Assembly (NCBI GenBank): GCA_045641325.1
Contig: JAZUGU010000039.1
Span: 219 to 64,218 of the forward strand
DNA length: 64,000 nt
Reading direction: 5' to 3'
Origin: Candidatus Avispirillum sp.
GTDB taxonomy: Bacteria; Bacillota; Clostridia; Oscillospirales; CAG-272
Part shown: piece after piece, positions 18,159-28,190 of the stretch
Position numbering within the stretch: the first letter of the stretch is position 1
How the letters are laid out: each line of letters begins with the position of its first letter
Translations under genes and position numbers: made by a program
Notes under the pieces: generated by a model
The model's database searches: none
What the model was told of the DNA's origin: nothing
Seen by the model: only the letters and a program-made list of their open reading frames with translations

Positions 18159-18920
18159 TTATATGGTTTCCGCAAAAGCGGCGATGCAGGAACCGAGCCT
18201 CGCATATCCGCGGTCGTTCATGTGTGCCTGATCTGCATACTGGGGATAAGGTGCTACGTATTCCTTTGAAGGATCGTAATCCGGATTGATCGCAACGGGG
18301 GAGTTTGCATATATCTTCCATGTAAACTTGCCGATGCCGCTGGTGTGCCACAGATCACAGCAGGGAAGATTGTATTCTCCCGCAATGGTCTTTATGAGGT
18401 CAGCCATGGTCTCAAGGCTGCGGCCGCTCCCCTTGGGGAAGTCCTCGTATCCGTCGGAGTCTATCCAGTCATATTTTCCGGGACAGTGAGGAGCGGCTAT
18501 CATCACACGGCAGTCGAGATTATCTACCTTGTCGAGCATAGCGTACAGATGTTCGATAACGTATGCATATTTGCCTCTCAGAGTATTTTGATGGGGGAAC
18601 ATATCACCGCGCTCCCCATATTCCATGTGGCGCTCATTGTATGCCCCGAGGATTATGATGAGGTCAGCCCATTCGACCTCTTCATATGAAAGGGGCTTGA
18701 AGGGGCCCGTGCATCCGGTGAAAGGATCGTACTGCATATCGCCGCCGATAAGGGCATCGTATGCACCCAGTCCGTCTATCATATCAATAAGGCCGATGCC
18801 GCCGTATGCGTGTGTCTTTATGTTCGCACCGGTACGGCGTGCAAACTCTTTCTGCCAGCGGCCGTCGGAGGTGATACTGTCACCCATAACGAGAACGTTT
18901 TTATTCTGCCATTTGCTCAT
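18159..18920 (-). CDS. SGNH/GDSL family hydrolase
   Basis: N-terminal VMGDSIT block and C-terminal DQAHMN (D-x-x-H) block. Confidence 0.75.
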   Translation of the reverse strand: MSKWQNKNVLVMGDSITSDGRWQKEFARRTGANIKTHAYGGIGLIDMIDGLGAYDALIGGDMQYDPFTGCTGPFKPLSYEEVEWADLIIILGAYNERHMEYGERGDMFPHQNTLRGKYAYVIEHLYAMLDKVDNLDCRVMIAAPHCPGKYDWIDSDGYEDFPKGSGRSLETMADLIKTIAGEYNLPCCDLWHTSGIGKFTWKIYANSPVAINPDYDPSKEYVAPYPQYADQAHMNDRGYARLGSCIAAFAETI

Positions 18921-19023
18921 AATATTACCTGCCTTTCTTTACCAATATTATCACAAAGAAGCCCGCTTGTAAAGGATGATTTTCACATGAATCAAAAAGA
19001 AATCGCAATATCACTTTTTCTGT

Positions 19024-19052
19024 TGATTTTGAGCGAGTAAAGTAGTAAAATG
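19024..19052 (+). promoter_or_regulatory. Candidate promoter of the sensor phosphatase gene
   Basis: TTGATT, 17 nt spacer, TAAAAT. Confidence 0.45.
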
Positions 19053-19080
19053 TAATAAGAACACGAGGAAGGAAACTGAT

Positions 19081-21915
19081 ATGAGCGTATATATCCATCT
19101 GTTGATTCTGGCTTTGTTTCCGGTAGCTTTCTCCGTAATTTTCTATTTTCTCAAAAGGAAAACACCGTTCGGAAGGCTGCCGTACGCCGTACAGCAGATC
19201 ATAATAGGAATAGTCTTCGGCGCAATAGCTGTGATCAATACCGAATTCGGAGTTGACGTGGGCGGAGCCACCGCAAACGCAAGAGATGCTGCCCCCCTCT
19301 GCGCCGGATTCATTTTCGGCGGTCCTGCCGGTATCATCGCCGGCGTTATCGGCGGTGTTGAACGCTGGTTTGCCGCATATTGGGGAGCAGGTGCCTATTC
19401 TCAGGTAGCCTGTTCTGTTTCCACGTTTCTCGCCGGTCTGTATGCCGCATTCCTCAGAAAATTCATGCTGGACAACAGGCGTCCTACGTGGGGATTCGGT
19501 GCCGCTACCGCTGTCGTTATGGAAATCATTCACATAACGGTCCTTGTGCTGACACATATTTCAGACCTGTCACGCGCATTTGACATAGTAAAGATCTGCA
19601 CACTCCCCATGGTCGTGAGCAATGCGGTGGCCGTGATGCTTTCCATCGTTGCGATAACGCTTTACAGTGCAAAGGCACATAAAAGCACCATAAGATATAA
19701 AAAAATATCGCAGCAGGTGCAGGCATGGCTTCTGGTCTGCGTCGTGCTCGCTTATTTTTTGACCACTCTGTTCGTATTCAGCCTCCAGACACAGACCGCA
19801 ATTTCCGACACCAAGAAAATGCTTTCGCTGAATCTTGCCGATGTCAAAGAAGACGTTATCAACACGTCCAATGAAAATCTTCTGAGAATAAGCCGTAAGA
19901 TCACCGTCGAGGTCAATAATAACCCCGATGTGGATCTGGAACTTCTCTGTGATAAATATGACGTTTCCGAGATCAACATAGTCAATACTTCAAATAAGAT
20001 CATAGTTTCAACCAATCCCGATTACGTGGGATTTGATATGATGTCCGGCAGTCAGTCTGCTGAATTTTCCGTGCTGAATAAAACAGAGCAGGAATGGGTG
20101 CAGAACTATTTGCCGACAACGTACGACCACAGCGTGTCCATGAAGTACGCGGGAATATCCATGGCAGGAAAGGGTTTTGTCCAGGTCGGATATAATGCGG
20201 ATAAATTTCAGGACGACCTTGCGATCCAGGTAAAGGGAAAAACCAAAAACCGTCACGTCGGAAACGACGGATATATGCTTATCGCCGATGACAGCAATGT
20301 GATCGTCAGCGCACCGTCAAAGCTTCTCGGCAAAGACGTCGTGGACGTTGTTGACATCAGTGAGGAATCTTCCTCTGATCTTTTCAAGCAGACGGTCAAC
20401 AGAGTAAAATCATACTGTATGTACACCAAGTCCGAAGGATTCACAATTATCGGTGTAGTCCCGGAAAGCGAGGTATTCTATACCCGTGACATAATGTCGT
20501 ACATCAATTCCTTTATGGAAGTTCTCGTATTTGCCTTTCTGTTCTTCTTCGTATATATGCTGATCAAAAAGCTGGTCGTTGATAAGATACGTATCGTCAA
20601 TGACAGCCTCGGAAGAATTATCGAAGGAGATATGGATGTTACCGTCAACGTCAGATCAAGTGATGAATTCTCATCTCTTTCCGATGATATAAACAGTACC
20701 GTCACAACGCTTAAGCATTATATTGACGAAGCTGCAACAAGGATTGACAAGGAGTTGGAATTTGCAAAGAACATCCAGCATTCCGCTCTGCCTTCCGTAT
20801 TCCCCGCATATCCTAATATAAAAGAGTTCGATATCCATGCGGCAATGGATACCGCCAAGGAAGTCGGCGGAGATTTCTATGATTTCTATCTTCTCGGTGA
20901 AGATAAGCTGGCATTTCTTATAGCTGACGTGTCAGGCAAAGGAATACCTGCGGCCATGTTTATGATGACCGCAAAGACCATGATTAAGAATTTCGCCGAA
21001 TCCGGTCTCGGAGTGGATGAGGTGTTCACCCGCGCCAATGAAAAGCTTTGCGAGGGCAACGATGCCGGTATGTTTGTTACGGCATGGATGGGCATACTGG
21101 ATATAAATACGGGCCACGTGACCTTTGCAAATGCGGGACATAATCCTCCTCTCATATACAGGAAAGGCTCAGGCTACGAGTATCTGAAATCCCGTGCGGG
21201 ATTTGTTCTTGCCGGAATGGACGGCGTAAAATATAAGCTTCAGGAATTTGATCTCTGTCCGGGTGACAAAATATATCTGTATACTGACGGCGTGACGGAA
21301 GCGACAGATAGTGAAAGCAAACTGTACGGCGAAGACAGACTGCAAAGGCTTCTCAATGCGAATACCGAAGACAGCCCCCAGGAATGTCTCAACAGAGTAC
21401 GCCGTGATATAGATGTATTTGTGGGTGAAGCCGAACAGTTTGATGATATAACCATGCTGTCCGTAGCTTTCAACGGAACGGAAAAAGGCGGTGCTGACGA
21501 TATGGAAATAGAAGAAAGAGTTTTTCCCGCAGAGGACGGCGCGCTGATGACGGCTACTTCATTTCTTGAAGAAAAGCTGGAGGAATGCGGCGCATCTATG
21601 AAGACGGTGATGCAGCTTTCCGTAGTTCTTGAGGAACTGTTCGTCAACGTGGCGCATTATGCATACCCGGATGAAAAAGGAACTCTTTCTCTCGGGCTCG
21701 GCTTTGACGTGAATACAAGGAATTTCATCATGAGATTTACCGATGAGGGAATACCGTTCGATCCATTGGCCAAGGAAGACCCGGACGTTACTCTGTCAGC
21801 CGACGAAAGAAATATAGGCGGTCTGGGGATCTTTATGGTCAAGAAGACAATGGACAGCGTAGAGTACGAGAGAACGGACGGCAAAAACGTACTCACTCTC
21901 AAAAAGACGATATGA
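19081..21915 (+). CDS. Membrane sensor: LytS-type 5TM domain + extracytoplasmic domain + HAMP + PP2C/SpoIIE phosphatase + RsbW-type GHKL kinase domain
   Basis: N-terminal TM bundle with ARDAAPLCAGFIFGGPAGIIAG. A second TM at about aa 480. PP2C motifs GGDFYDF, IADVSGKG, LYTDGVTEA and DDITML. C-terminal N-box EELFVNVAHYAY, G1 DEGIPFDP and G2 GGLGIFMV. Confidence 0.85.
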   Translation: MSVYIHLLILALFPVAFSVIFYFLKRKTPFGRLPYAVQQIIIGIVFGAIAVINTEFGVDVGGATANARDAAPLCAGFIFGGPAGIIAGVIGGVERWFAAYWGAGAYSQVACSVSTFLAGLYAAFLRKFMLDNRRPTWGFGAATAVVMEIIHITVLVLTHISDLSRAFDIVKICTLPMVVSNAVAVMLSIVAITLYSAKAHKSTIRYKKISQQVQAWLLVCVVLAYFLTTLFVFSLQTQTAISDTKKMLSLNLADVKEDVINTSNENLLRISRKITVEVNNNPDVDLELLCDKYDVSEINIVNTSNKIIVSTNPDYVGFDMMSGSQSAEFSVLNKTEQEWVQNYLPTTYDHSVSMKYAGISMAGKGFVQVGYNADKFQDDLAIQVKGKTKNRHVGNDGYMLIADDSNVIVSAPSKLLGKDVVDVVDISEESSSDLFKQTVNRVKSYCMYTKSEGFTIIGVVPESEVFYTRDIMSYINSFMEVLVFAFLFFFVYMLIKKLVVDKIRIVNDSLGRIIEGDMDVTVNVRSSDEFSSLSDDINSTVTTLKHYIDEAATRIDKELEFAKNIQHSALPSVFPAYPNIKEFDIHAAMDTAKEVGGDFYDFYLLGEDKLAFLIADVSGKGIPAAMFMMTAKTMIKNFAESGLGVDEVFTRANEKLCEGNDAGMFVTAWMGILDINTGHVTFANAGHNPPLIYRKGSGYEYLKSRAGFVLAGMDGVKYKLQEFDLCPGDKIYLYTDGVTEATDSESKLYGEDRLQRLLNANTEDSPQECLNRVRRDIDVFVGEAEQFDDITMLSVAFNGTEKGGADDMEIEERVFPAEDGALMTATSFLEEKLEECGASMKTVMQLSVVLEELFVNVAHYAYPDEKGTLSLGLGFDVNTRNFIMRFTDEGIPFDPLAKEDPDVTLSADERNIGGLGIFMVKKTMDSVEYERTDGKNVLTLKKTI

Positions 21916-22304
21916 ACGCAGTAGAGGTCGCCGCGGCACTGATATGGGATAACGGCAGGTTTATGATCTGTCAGAGACCTCCGCACAAGGCAAGAGGCAT
22001 GCTCTGGGAATTCGTGGGAGGAAAACTTGATCCGGGGGAAACCGGAGAGGAAGCTCTTATCCGTGAATGCATGGAAGAACTGGGCGTTACGGTATCACCC
22101 GAAAGCGTATTCTTCGACGTGATACACAAGTACCCGGATATCACGGTGCACCTTACCGTGTATAAAGCAAGCATTGCAAACGGAACACCGAGGCTTCTTG
22201 AACATAACGATATCAGATGGATCAAGCCTTCTGAAATACCGCAGTATGAGTTTTGTCCGGCGGACGTAGAAATTCTTGAAAAAATAACTGAACTGTACAG
22301 CTGA
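21912..22304 (+). CDS. NUDIX hydrolase (MutT-like)
   Basis: Nudix box GGKLDPGETGEEALIRECMEELGV. ATGA overlap with the upstream gene. Confidence 0.85.
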   Translation: MNAVEVAAALIWDNGRFMICQRPPHKARGMLWEFVGGKLDPGETGEEALIRECMEELGVTVSPESVFFDVIHKYPDITVHLTVYKASIANGTPRLLEHNDIRWIKPSEIPQYEFCPADVEILEKITELYS

Positions 22305-22305
22305 T

Positions 22306-23835
22306 ATGAAATATATTGTATGCCGCAACTATGAGTGGCTTTATCCCGATGTTACCGAATACAAAACAGCCTCCGAAAAAGCTGAATTTTCAGCCCTTTC
22401 CGGAGGATATGCCGCTTTTCAGATTTTTTTGTCGGAGGTGTCCGGCGAAAAGATCACCGTCAAATGTGACGGAGCGGAAATATATGAAGAGCTTGCGATA
22501 CCGGTGGAATCAAATCCCGGCTTTGAAAAGCCTTCAGAGCACTTTCCCGAAAGGATCGCGCCGTTCTGCGTGTACGATTGCCTGAAAACATATGACGGCG
22601 CTGTAACGCCTCAGAACGGGATAGCCGCATTATATGTATCTATAAAAGTGCCGGATAATAAATCGGAAATCAACGGAAATGTTGAGATCACCGACGGAGA
22701 AGATACTGCCGTTGTCCCGTATAAGATCAGCGTTAAGGGAAAACTGCCCGAGGAAACGCTGAAGATCGTTATGGATATGGGACTGTGGAACATTTATAAG
22801 TACCACAATGTAAAGAGTCCCGAAGAATACCTTGAACTTGAAACGAAGTATCTTAAGACGTTGAGAAGACAGCACCAGAACAGGCTGTACGTCCATGCGG
22901 TCATCTCAAAACAGCGTCATGTACTGAGAAGCAAGGATTTCGAGGAATTCGACAGATACGTTGAAAAAGCCCTTTCCATGGGATTCAAGTCATTCCATCT
23001 CGGCGGCGTTGGATTCAGACGTTCATGGACGGCAGGGGACATCCTCGTCAGCGGGATGGACTCCCGAAGCGATGAGGCGAAGGAATACCTTGCGAAAATC
23101 TTAACATCCCTTCGTGAACACCTGAGGGAAAAGGGCTGGCTCTCCGGGGATATGTTCTCTGTGGGTATTGCCGATGAGCCCAACGACCTGAACGCCGAAA
23201 CATATAAAGAGCTTGCGGCAACAGTACGAAGCATCATCCCCGAAATAAAATTGTATGATGCGATCTCCAATGCACCCATAGACGGTGCGCTGGACATCTG
23301 GGTACCCCGCAGCGACGAATACGAAAATAACAGAGAAGTATTCGAGAAGAGAAGGGAAAAGGGCGGAGAGATCTGGCAGTACGTCTGCCTGTACCCCAGA
23401 GAGGGCGGATACGTGAACAGATTCATGGATATTCCGCTTCTTTCCACAAGGTATATGTATTGGGGAAATTATCTTTACGATCTGAAAGGCTATCTGCATT
23501 GGACAGTCAATGATTACCAGGATAACTCCGATCCGTTCAGCGTGAGCTGTTCGGCGCACGTAAATGCCGATTCGGTCAGCATTCTGCCTCCCGGCGACGA
23601 TAAGCTTATCTACCCGGGAAAAGACGGACCGTGGATGTCCGTAAGGCTTGAGAATCTGCGTGAAAGCGCCGAAGAATTCGAAATGCTGAAGATCATAGCA
23701 AGCCGCGATAAAACGGTCGCTGATGAGCTTTGCAGGCGTGGTCTCCGCCGTTTCAACGACGCGGAATACGATCCCTGCAAATTCGGACAGCTCCTTGAAG
23801 ATATCTTCACCGAATATGAAAAGACCGAAGCGTAA
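22306..23835 (+). CDS. DUF4091-like (GH123-related?) protein, function uncertain
   Basis: 509-aa cytoplasmic protein. The C-terminal region YVCLYP...RFMDIP...LHWTVN resembles DUF4091 from memory only. Confidence 0.55.
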   Translation: MKYIVCRNYEWLYPDVTEYKTASEKAEFSALSGGYAAFQIFLSEVSGEKITVKCDGAEIYEELAIPVESNPGFEKPSEHFPERIAPFCVYDCLKTYDGAVTPQNGIAALYVSIKVPDNKSEINGNVEITDGEDTAVVPYKISVKGKLPEETLKIVMDMGLWNIYKYHNVKSPEEYLELETKYLKTLRRQHQNRLYVHAVISKQRHVLRSKDFEEFDRYVEKALSMGFKSFHLGGVGFRRSWTAGDILVSGMDSRSDEAKEYLAKILTSLREHLREKGWLSGDMFSVGIADEPNDLNAETYKELAATVRSIIPEIKLYDAISNAPIDGALDIWVPRSDEYENNREVFEKRREKGGEIWQYVCLYPREGGYVNRFMDIPLLSTRYMYWGNYLYDLKGYLHWTVNDYQDNSDPFSVSCSAHVNADSVSILPPGDDKLIYPGKDGPWMSVRLENLRESAEEFEMLKIIASRDKTVADELCRRGLRRFNDAEYDPCKFGQLLEDIFTEYEKTEA

Positions 23836-23849
23836 GCTTCGGTCTTTTA
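23823..23849. terminator. Bidirectional terminator (DUF4091 gene / clpX)
   Basis: accgaagc-gtaa-gcttcggt followed by cttttat. Confidence 0.6.
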
Positions 23850-23854
23850 TCGAT

Positions 23855-25120
23855 TTATGCTCTTTTTTTGATTATTTTCGGTGCGGCATTGTCCGTTATG
23901 CATTTCGGAGTGATATGCACTTCAGCCACGTCATCTCTTGAGGGAATGTCGTACATAATGCCGGTCATGTGCTCTTCAAGAATAGAACGCAGTCCGCGTG
24001 CACCGGTGTTGCGCTCTATTGCCTGCTTTGCGATCGCCGCGAGAGCTTTTTCTTCGAATTTGAGCTTAACGCCGTCCATCTCAAACAGCTTTTTGTATTG
24101 ACGTGTGAGAGAATTGCGGGGCTCTTTCAGAATGCGTACAAGGGCGTTTTCATCAAGATTTTCAAGGCCCACAATGACCGGAAGTCTGCCGACCAACTCG
24201 GGAATAAGACCGAATTTCACAATATCGTGCGCGGTCACGTCCTTGAAAACGGAGGATGATTTCTTTTCTTCTTTGGTCTGTACTTCTCCGCCGAATCCCA
24301 TTACGGAATTGCCCTTACGCTGTTCAATGATCTGATCAAGCGTGTCGAATGCGCCGCCGCAGATGAACAAGATGTTCTCGGTATTGATCTGTATGAACTC
24401 CTGATTGGGATGCTTTCTGCCGCCCTGAGGAGGAACGTTTGAAACAGTGCCCTCAAGTATCTTCAGCAGAGCCTGCTGAACGCCCTCGCCGGAAACGTCA
24501 CGGGTGATGGAACGGTTTTCGCTCCTTCTGGATATCTTGTCGATCTCGTCAATATAGATGATGCCGTGCTCTGCGGCTTCCACGTCATAGTCAGCCGCCT
24601 GGATAAGACGAAGAAGAATGTTTTCAACGTCCTCGCCAACGTATCCTGCCTCCGTAAGTGTCGTTGCATCGGCAATGGCGAAGGGAACTTTCAGAGTCTT
24701 CGCCAGAGTCTGCGCGAGAAAAGTTTTTCCCACACCGGTGGGACCGATGAGAAGCACGTTGCTTTTCTGTATCTCAACATCATCGTTGTCTTCTTCTCTG
24801 GATTTCTGCTTTTTATCCTTGTAAAGAAGACGCTTGTAATGGTTGTATACGGCAACGCTGAGCGATATTTTCGCCTCATCCTGCCCGATCACGTATTCGT
24901 CAAGAGACGCTTTGATCTCAGCGGGGCGGGGAAGATTATCGGCTGAAAGCTGATAATCGCTGTCAGATACTGCCGTGCTGTCGTATATAAGCTCGTTGCA
25001 GACCTCGATACAGTTGTCGCAGATGTAAACTCCGGTAGGGGAGGGTATCAGAAACGATACCTGATTTTCGCATCTGCCGCAAAAGGCACAGCGCCTTTTG
25101 TTGTCATTCATTTCTGCCAT
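23855..25120 (-). CDS. clpX: ATP-dependent Clp protease ATP-binding subunit ClpX
   Basis: Zn-finger CAFCGR...CDNC, Walker [17 protein letters not shown]. Confidence 0.95.
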   Translation of the reverse strand: MAEMNDNKRRCAFCGRCENQVSFLIPSPTGVYICDNCIEVCNELIYDSTAVSDSDYQLSADNLPRPAEIKASLDEYVIGQDEAKISLSVAVYNHYKRLLYKDKKQKSREEDNDDVEIQKSNVLLIGPTGVGKTFLAQTLAKTLKVPFAIADATTLTEAGYVGEDVENILLRLIQAADYDVEAAEHGIIYIDEIDKISRRSENRSITRDVSGEGVQQALLKILEGTVSNVPPQGGRKHPNQEFIQINTENILFICGGAFDTLDQIIEQRKGNSVMGFGGEVQTKEEKKSSSVFKDVTAHDIVKFGLIPELVGRLPVIVGLENLDENALVRILKEPRNSLTRQYKKLFEMDGVKLKFEEKALAAIAKQAIERNTGARGLRSILEEHMTGIMYDIPSRDDVAEVHITPKCITDNAAPKIIKKRA

Positions 25121-25126
25121 AAAGGT

Positions 25127-25708
25127 TTATCTCTTTTCAATTACTTTGTCCACAAGGCCGTAGTTCATAGCCTCTTCAGCCGTGAGGAAATTGTCACGGT
25201 CGGTGTCTCTGATGATTTCATCAAGGGGACGTCCGGTATTTTTCGCAAGGATCTCATTGAGCTTTGCTTTTGTCTTTATGATGTGGTCTGCATGGATCTT
25301 TATATCGGAGGCCTGACCCTGCATACCGCCGAGAGGCTGGTGGATCATGATCTCGCTGTTGGGAAGAGCAAACCTCTTGCCCTTGGCACCGCTGGAAAGC
25401 AGGAATGCACCCATGGATGCGGCCATACCGATGCAGGTGGTGGAAACGTCACACTTGATGAAGTTCATGGTATCGTAGATAGCAAGACCTGCGGAAACGC
25501 TTCCTCCGGGGCTGTTGATGTAAAGGCAGATATCCTTGTCGGGGTCCTGTGCCTCAAGGAAGAGGAGCTGAGCTACCACGAGAGACGCGGTAACGTCATT
25601 GACCTCGTCTGCAAGAAATACTATTCTGTCGTTGAGAAGTCTCGAATAAATGTCATAGGCTCTTTCGCCTCTGCTGGTCTGTTCGATAACGGTCGGTACT
25701 AATGCCAT
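25127..25708 (-). CDS. clpP: ATP-dependent Clp protease proteolytic subunit
   Basis: [11 protein letters not shown] active-site Ser context, IMIHQPLGG. Confidence 0.95.
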   Translation of the reverse strand: MALVPTVIEQTSRGERAYDIYSRLLNDRIVFLADEVNDVTASLVVAQLLFLEAQDPDKDICLYINSPGGSVSAGLAIYDTMNFIKCDVSTTCIGMAASMGAFLLSSGAKGKRFALPNSEIMIHQPLGGMQGQASDIKIHADHIIKTKAKLNEILAKNTGRPLDEIIRDTDRDNFLTAEEAMNYGLVDKVIEKR

Positions 25709-25734
25709 AATAATTATATCCTTTCTGTAAGTTA

Positions 25735-25770
25735 AGATAAAATTACCGCCGCCGTAAGGCAGCGGTAATT
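25735..25770 (-). terminator. Hairpin between tig and clpP (partial terminator)
   Basis: Minus strand attaccgctgcc-ttac-ggcggcggtaat followed by tttatctt. Confidence 0.5.
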
Positions 25771-25777
25771 CAGTTTT

Positions 25778-27307
25778 TTATTCAGCCTTTTCCGCTTTCT
25801 TTGCGGGAGCTTTTTTTGCTGCGGGCTTCTTTGCGGCAGGCTTCTTCTCGGCGGTTTCGCCTTCAGCCTTCTTTGCGGGAGCCTTCTTTGCAGCGGGCTT
25901 CTTCTCGGCGGTCTCGCCTTCAGCCTTCTTCGCGGGAGCCTTCTTTGCAGCAGGCTTCTTTTCCTCTGCGGGCTTCTCAGCCGCAGCCTCTGCATCGTCC
26001 TTCTTGGCTGCTGCTTTCTTTGCGGCGGGTTTCTTGATAACTGCTGCTGCCTTTACAAGATCAACTGCCTTTTTGACCTTGAGATCAGCGGCAATATCTT
26101 CGGATGCAACTGCTTCACGAACCTTATCGGCTTCCATGCCGTAAGCTTCGGCAAGACGGTTATATTCAGCATCAACGTCCTCGTCGGTGGCGGTGACGTT
26201 TTCAAGCTCTGCGATCTTCTCAAGTGCGAGGCGGGTCTTAACCTGCTTCTCAGCCTGGGGACGGAGCTGCTCACGGAGCTGATCCAGATTCATGCCGGTG
26301 TACTGGAAGTATGTCTTGAGGTCCATACCCTGCATGCGGAGTCTGGTGTCATAGTCACGTACGTAGTTCTCGGTCTCAGCCGTGAACATTGCCTCGGGAA
26401 TGTCTGCGTCAAGCTTTTCGATAAGAGCTTCAATGAGCTGACCCTCAACATCGGAATCAGCGGCATCTTCTTTTCTCTTTGTGATTTTTGCCTTAACGTC
26501 TGCCTCATATTCAGCAAAGGTGTCAAAATCGGAAACGTCACGTGCAAACTCATCGTCAGCAGCGGGAAGCTCCTTGAGTTTCAGCGCGTTGAGCTTGGTC
26601 TTGAAAGTAGCTTCCTTGCCTGCCAGCTCTTCTGCGTGATATTCGGTGGGGAAGGTAACAACAACGTCGAACTCATCACCGATGTTGTGACCTACGATCT
26701 GCTCTTCAAATCCGGGGATGAACTGACCGGAACCGAGGATGAGGTCATAGCCCTCGCCCTTGCCGCCGTCAAATGCCTTGCCGTCAACAAAGCCTTCATA
26801 GTCGATGTTTGCGGTATCTGCGATCTTTGCGGCACGGTCCTCAACGTCAACCATTCTTGCGTTGCGGTCACGAACTCTGTCGATCTCAGCCTTAACTTCA
26901 GCGGCGGTGGTCTTCTCGACCTTTCTGGTAACTTCTATACCCTTGTAGCCCTCGATCTTGACTTCGGGCTTTACGTATACCTTAACAACGAGGACAACGC
27001 CGTTCTCGTCAACGGTCTCAACGTCAAACTCGGGCTGGCCGACAACTTCAAGTGCGGACTCTTTAACAGCCTCTTCGTATGCATCGGGAATAAGATCGTT
27101 GATAGCGTCTTCATAGAATACGCCCTTGCCGTACATCTTTTCGATGATGGAGCGGGGAGCCTTGCCTTTTCTGAAGCCGGGTACCGTGATATTCTTTGCC
27201 TGTCTTCTGTAAACCTTGTTTACAGCGGCACCGAATGTCTCGGCGTCAATGCCGATCTTCAGCTCGTAAAGATTTTTTTCGATAAGTTTGGATGAATTTA
27301 AGCTCAT
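25778..27307 (-). CDS. tig: Trigger factor with about 80-aa Lys/Ala/Pro-rich C-terminal tail
   Basis: N-terminal ribosome-binding GFRKGKAP motif and FKBP-like middle domain. The tail is KKPAAKKAPAKKAEGETAE repeats. Confidence 0.93.
   Translation of the reverse strand: MSLNSSKLIEKNLYELKIGIDAETFGAAVNKVYRRQAKNITVPGFRKGKAPRSIIEKMYGKGVFYEDAINDLIPDAYEEAVKESALEVVGQPEFDVETVDENGVVLVVKVYVKPEVKIEGYKGIEVTRKVEKTTAAEVKAEIDRVRDRNARMVDVEDRAAKIADTANIDYEGFVDGKAFDGGKGEGYDLILGSGQFIPGFEEQIVGHNIGDEFDVVVTFPTEYHAEELAGKEATFKTKLNALKLKELPAADDEFARDVSDFDTFAEYEADVKAKITKRKEDAADSDVEGQLIEALIEKLDADIPEAMFTAETENYVRDYDTRLRMQGMDLKTYFQYTGMNLDQLREQLRPQAEKQVKTRLALEKIAELENVTATDEDVDAEYNRLAEAYGMEADKVREAVASEDIAADLKVKKAVDLVKAAAVIKKPAAKKAAAKKDDAEAAAEKPAEEKKPAAKKAPAKKAEGETAEKKPAAKKAPAKKAEGETAEKKPAAKKPAAKKAPAKKAEKAE
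25839..25962. repeat. 57-nt tandem repeat (2 copies + partial) inside the tig 3' end
   Basis: Units start at 25839, 25896 and 25953 (partial), differ at a few positions and encode PAAKKAPAKKAEGETAEKK. Confidence 0.85.
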
Positions 27308-27361
27308 GGTTTTTGCCTTTCTCCTGTGCTTTTTACTTTATATCAAAAATTGCCTTTCAAT

Positions 27362-27390
27362 ATAATACTAAACTTTTTGTAAAATGTCAA
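27362..27390 (-). promoter_or_regulatory. Candidate tig promoter
   Basis: Minus strand TTGACA, 17 nt spacer, TATTAT. Confidence 0.5.
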
Positions 27391-27463
27391 CAATTTTCGG
27401 GTAAAAACTTTGTTGTATTTAATAATCGGATGGCTTTTCGGTGAAAAAACGGATTACAGAATG

Positions 27464-28189
27464 TCAATAATCAAGAGGCATGGTTATCATCGGGATGAAA
27501 TCAAGAAAATCAGCGGATATGAGAGTCATTGAAATTCCGTCCGTCACCGTAGTACGCGGAATGTAATAATTGCCGTGTATATGGCCGAAATAGCAGTTGG
27601 TAACGCCGTATTCTTTCATCGTTTCGATGAATTCACCGCATCTGAAATCACCGAAAACGGGAGGAAAGTGAAAATATACGAGGATCGGTTTGCCGGATAC
27701 GTCCTGAAGCTTTTTCGCGTCTGAGAGGCTCAGCTTCAGCCGTCCGTTCTCTCTCGCCACGATCTTTTCGTAGTCGGCATTTTCTTTCAGCTGCATTTTT
27801 TCTTCAACGTACCAGCCTCTTGTGCCTGCAATTATGTAATCTTCCGTCTCAAAAGCATTGTTGAAGAGAAAATCTACGGTTTCAAATCCGTTTTCAGCTT
27901 TGAAAGTTTCAAGCTTTGCCTGCGTGGGCCACCAGTAATCGTGATTTCCCTTGCCGAGTATTTTTCTTCCGGGGAGGGCTTCGATGAATCTGAAATCCTC
28001 GATCGCCTCGTCAAGGTCGATCGCCCATGAAATATCTCCGGCAACGATCACCGTATCTCTGTCGGTCACAACGGCACGCCAGCGTTTGTCGATTTTTGCG
28101 GTATAATCCGTCCACCTTGCTCCGAATTTGTCCATGGGCTTTCCCGATGTCAGAGAAAGGTGAAGATCGGCTATTGAAAATAAAGACAT
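27464..28189 (-). CDS. Metallophosphoesterase (calcineurin-like) family protein
   Basis: ADLHL, AGDIS, GNHDYWW and GHIHG motifs. Confidence 0.8.
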   Translation of the reverse strand: MSLFSIADLHLSLTSGKPMDKFGARWTDYTAKIDKRWRAVVTDRDTVIVAGDISWAIDLDEAIEDFRFIEALPGRKILGKGNHDYWWPTQAKLETFKAENGFETVDFLFNNAFETEDYIIAGTRGWYVEEKMQLKENADYEKIVARENGRLKLSLSDAKKLQDVSGKPILVYFHFPPVFGDFRCGEFIETMKEYGVTNCYFGHIHGNYYIPRTTVTDGISMTLISADFLDFIPMITMPLDY

Positions 28190-28190
28190 A

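Noticed and set aside
25732-25995. Arg-rich 87-aa ORF and other alternative-frame ORFs over the tig tail
   Set aside because: They are a by-product of the 57-nt tandem repeat read in another frame. The tig frame is continuous with the conserved trigger-factor body.
25800-26040. Possible CRISPR-like or minisatellite array
   Set aside because: The units are directly adjacent (no spacers), 57 nt long, in frame and coding. No cas genes are present.
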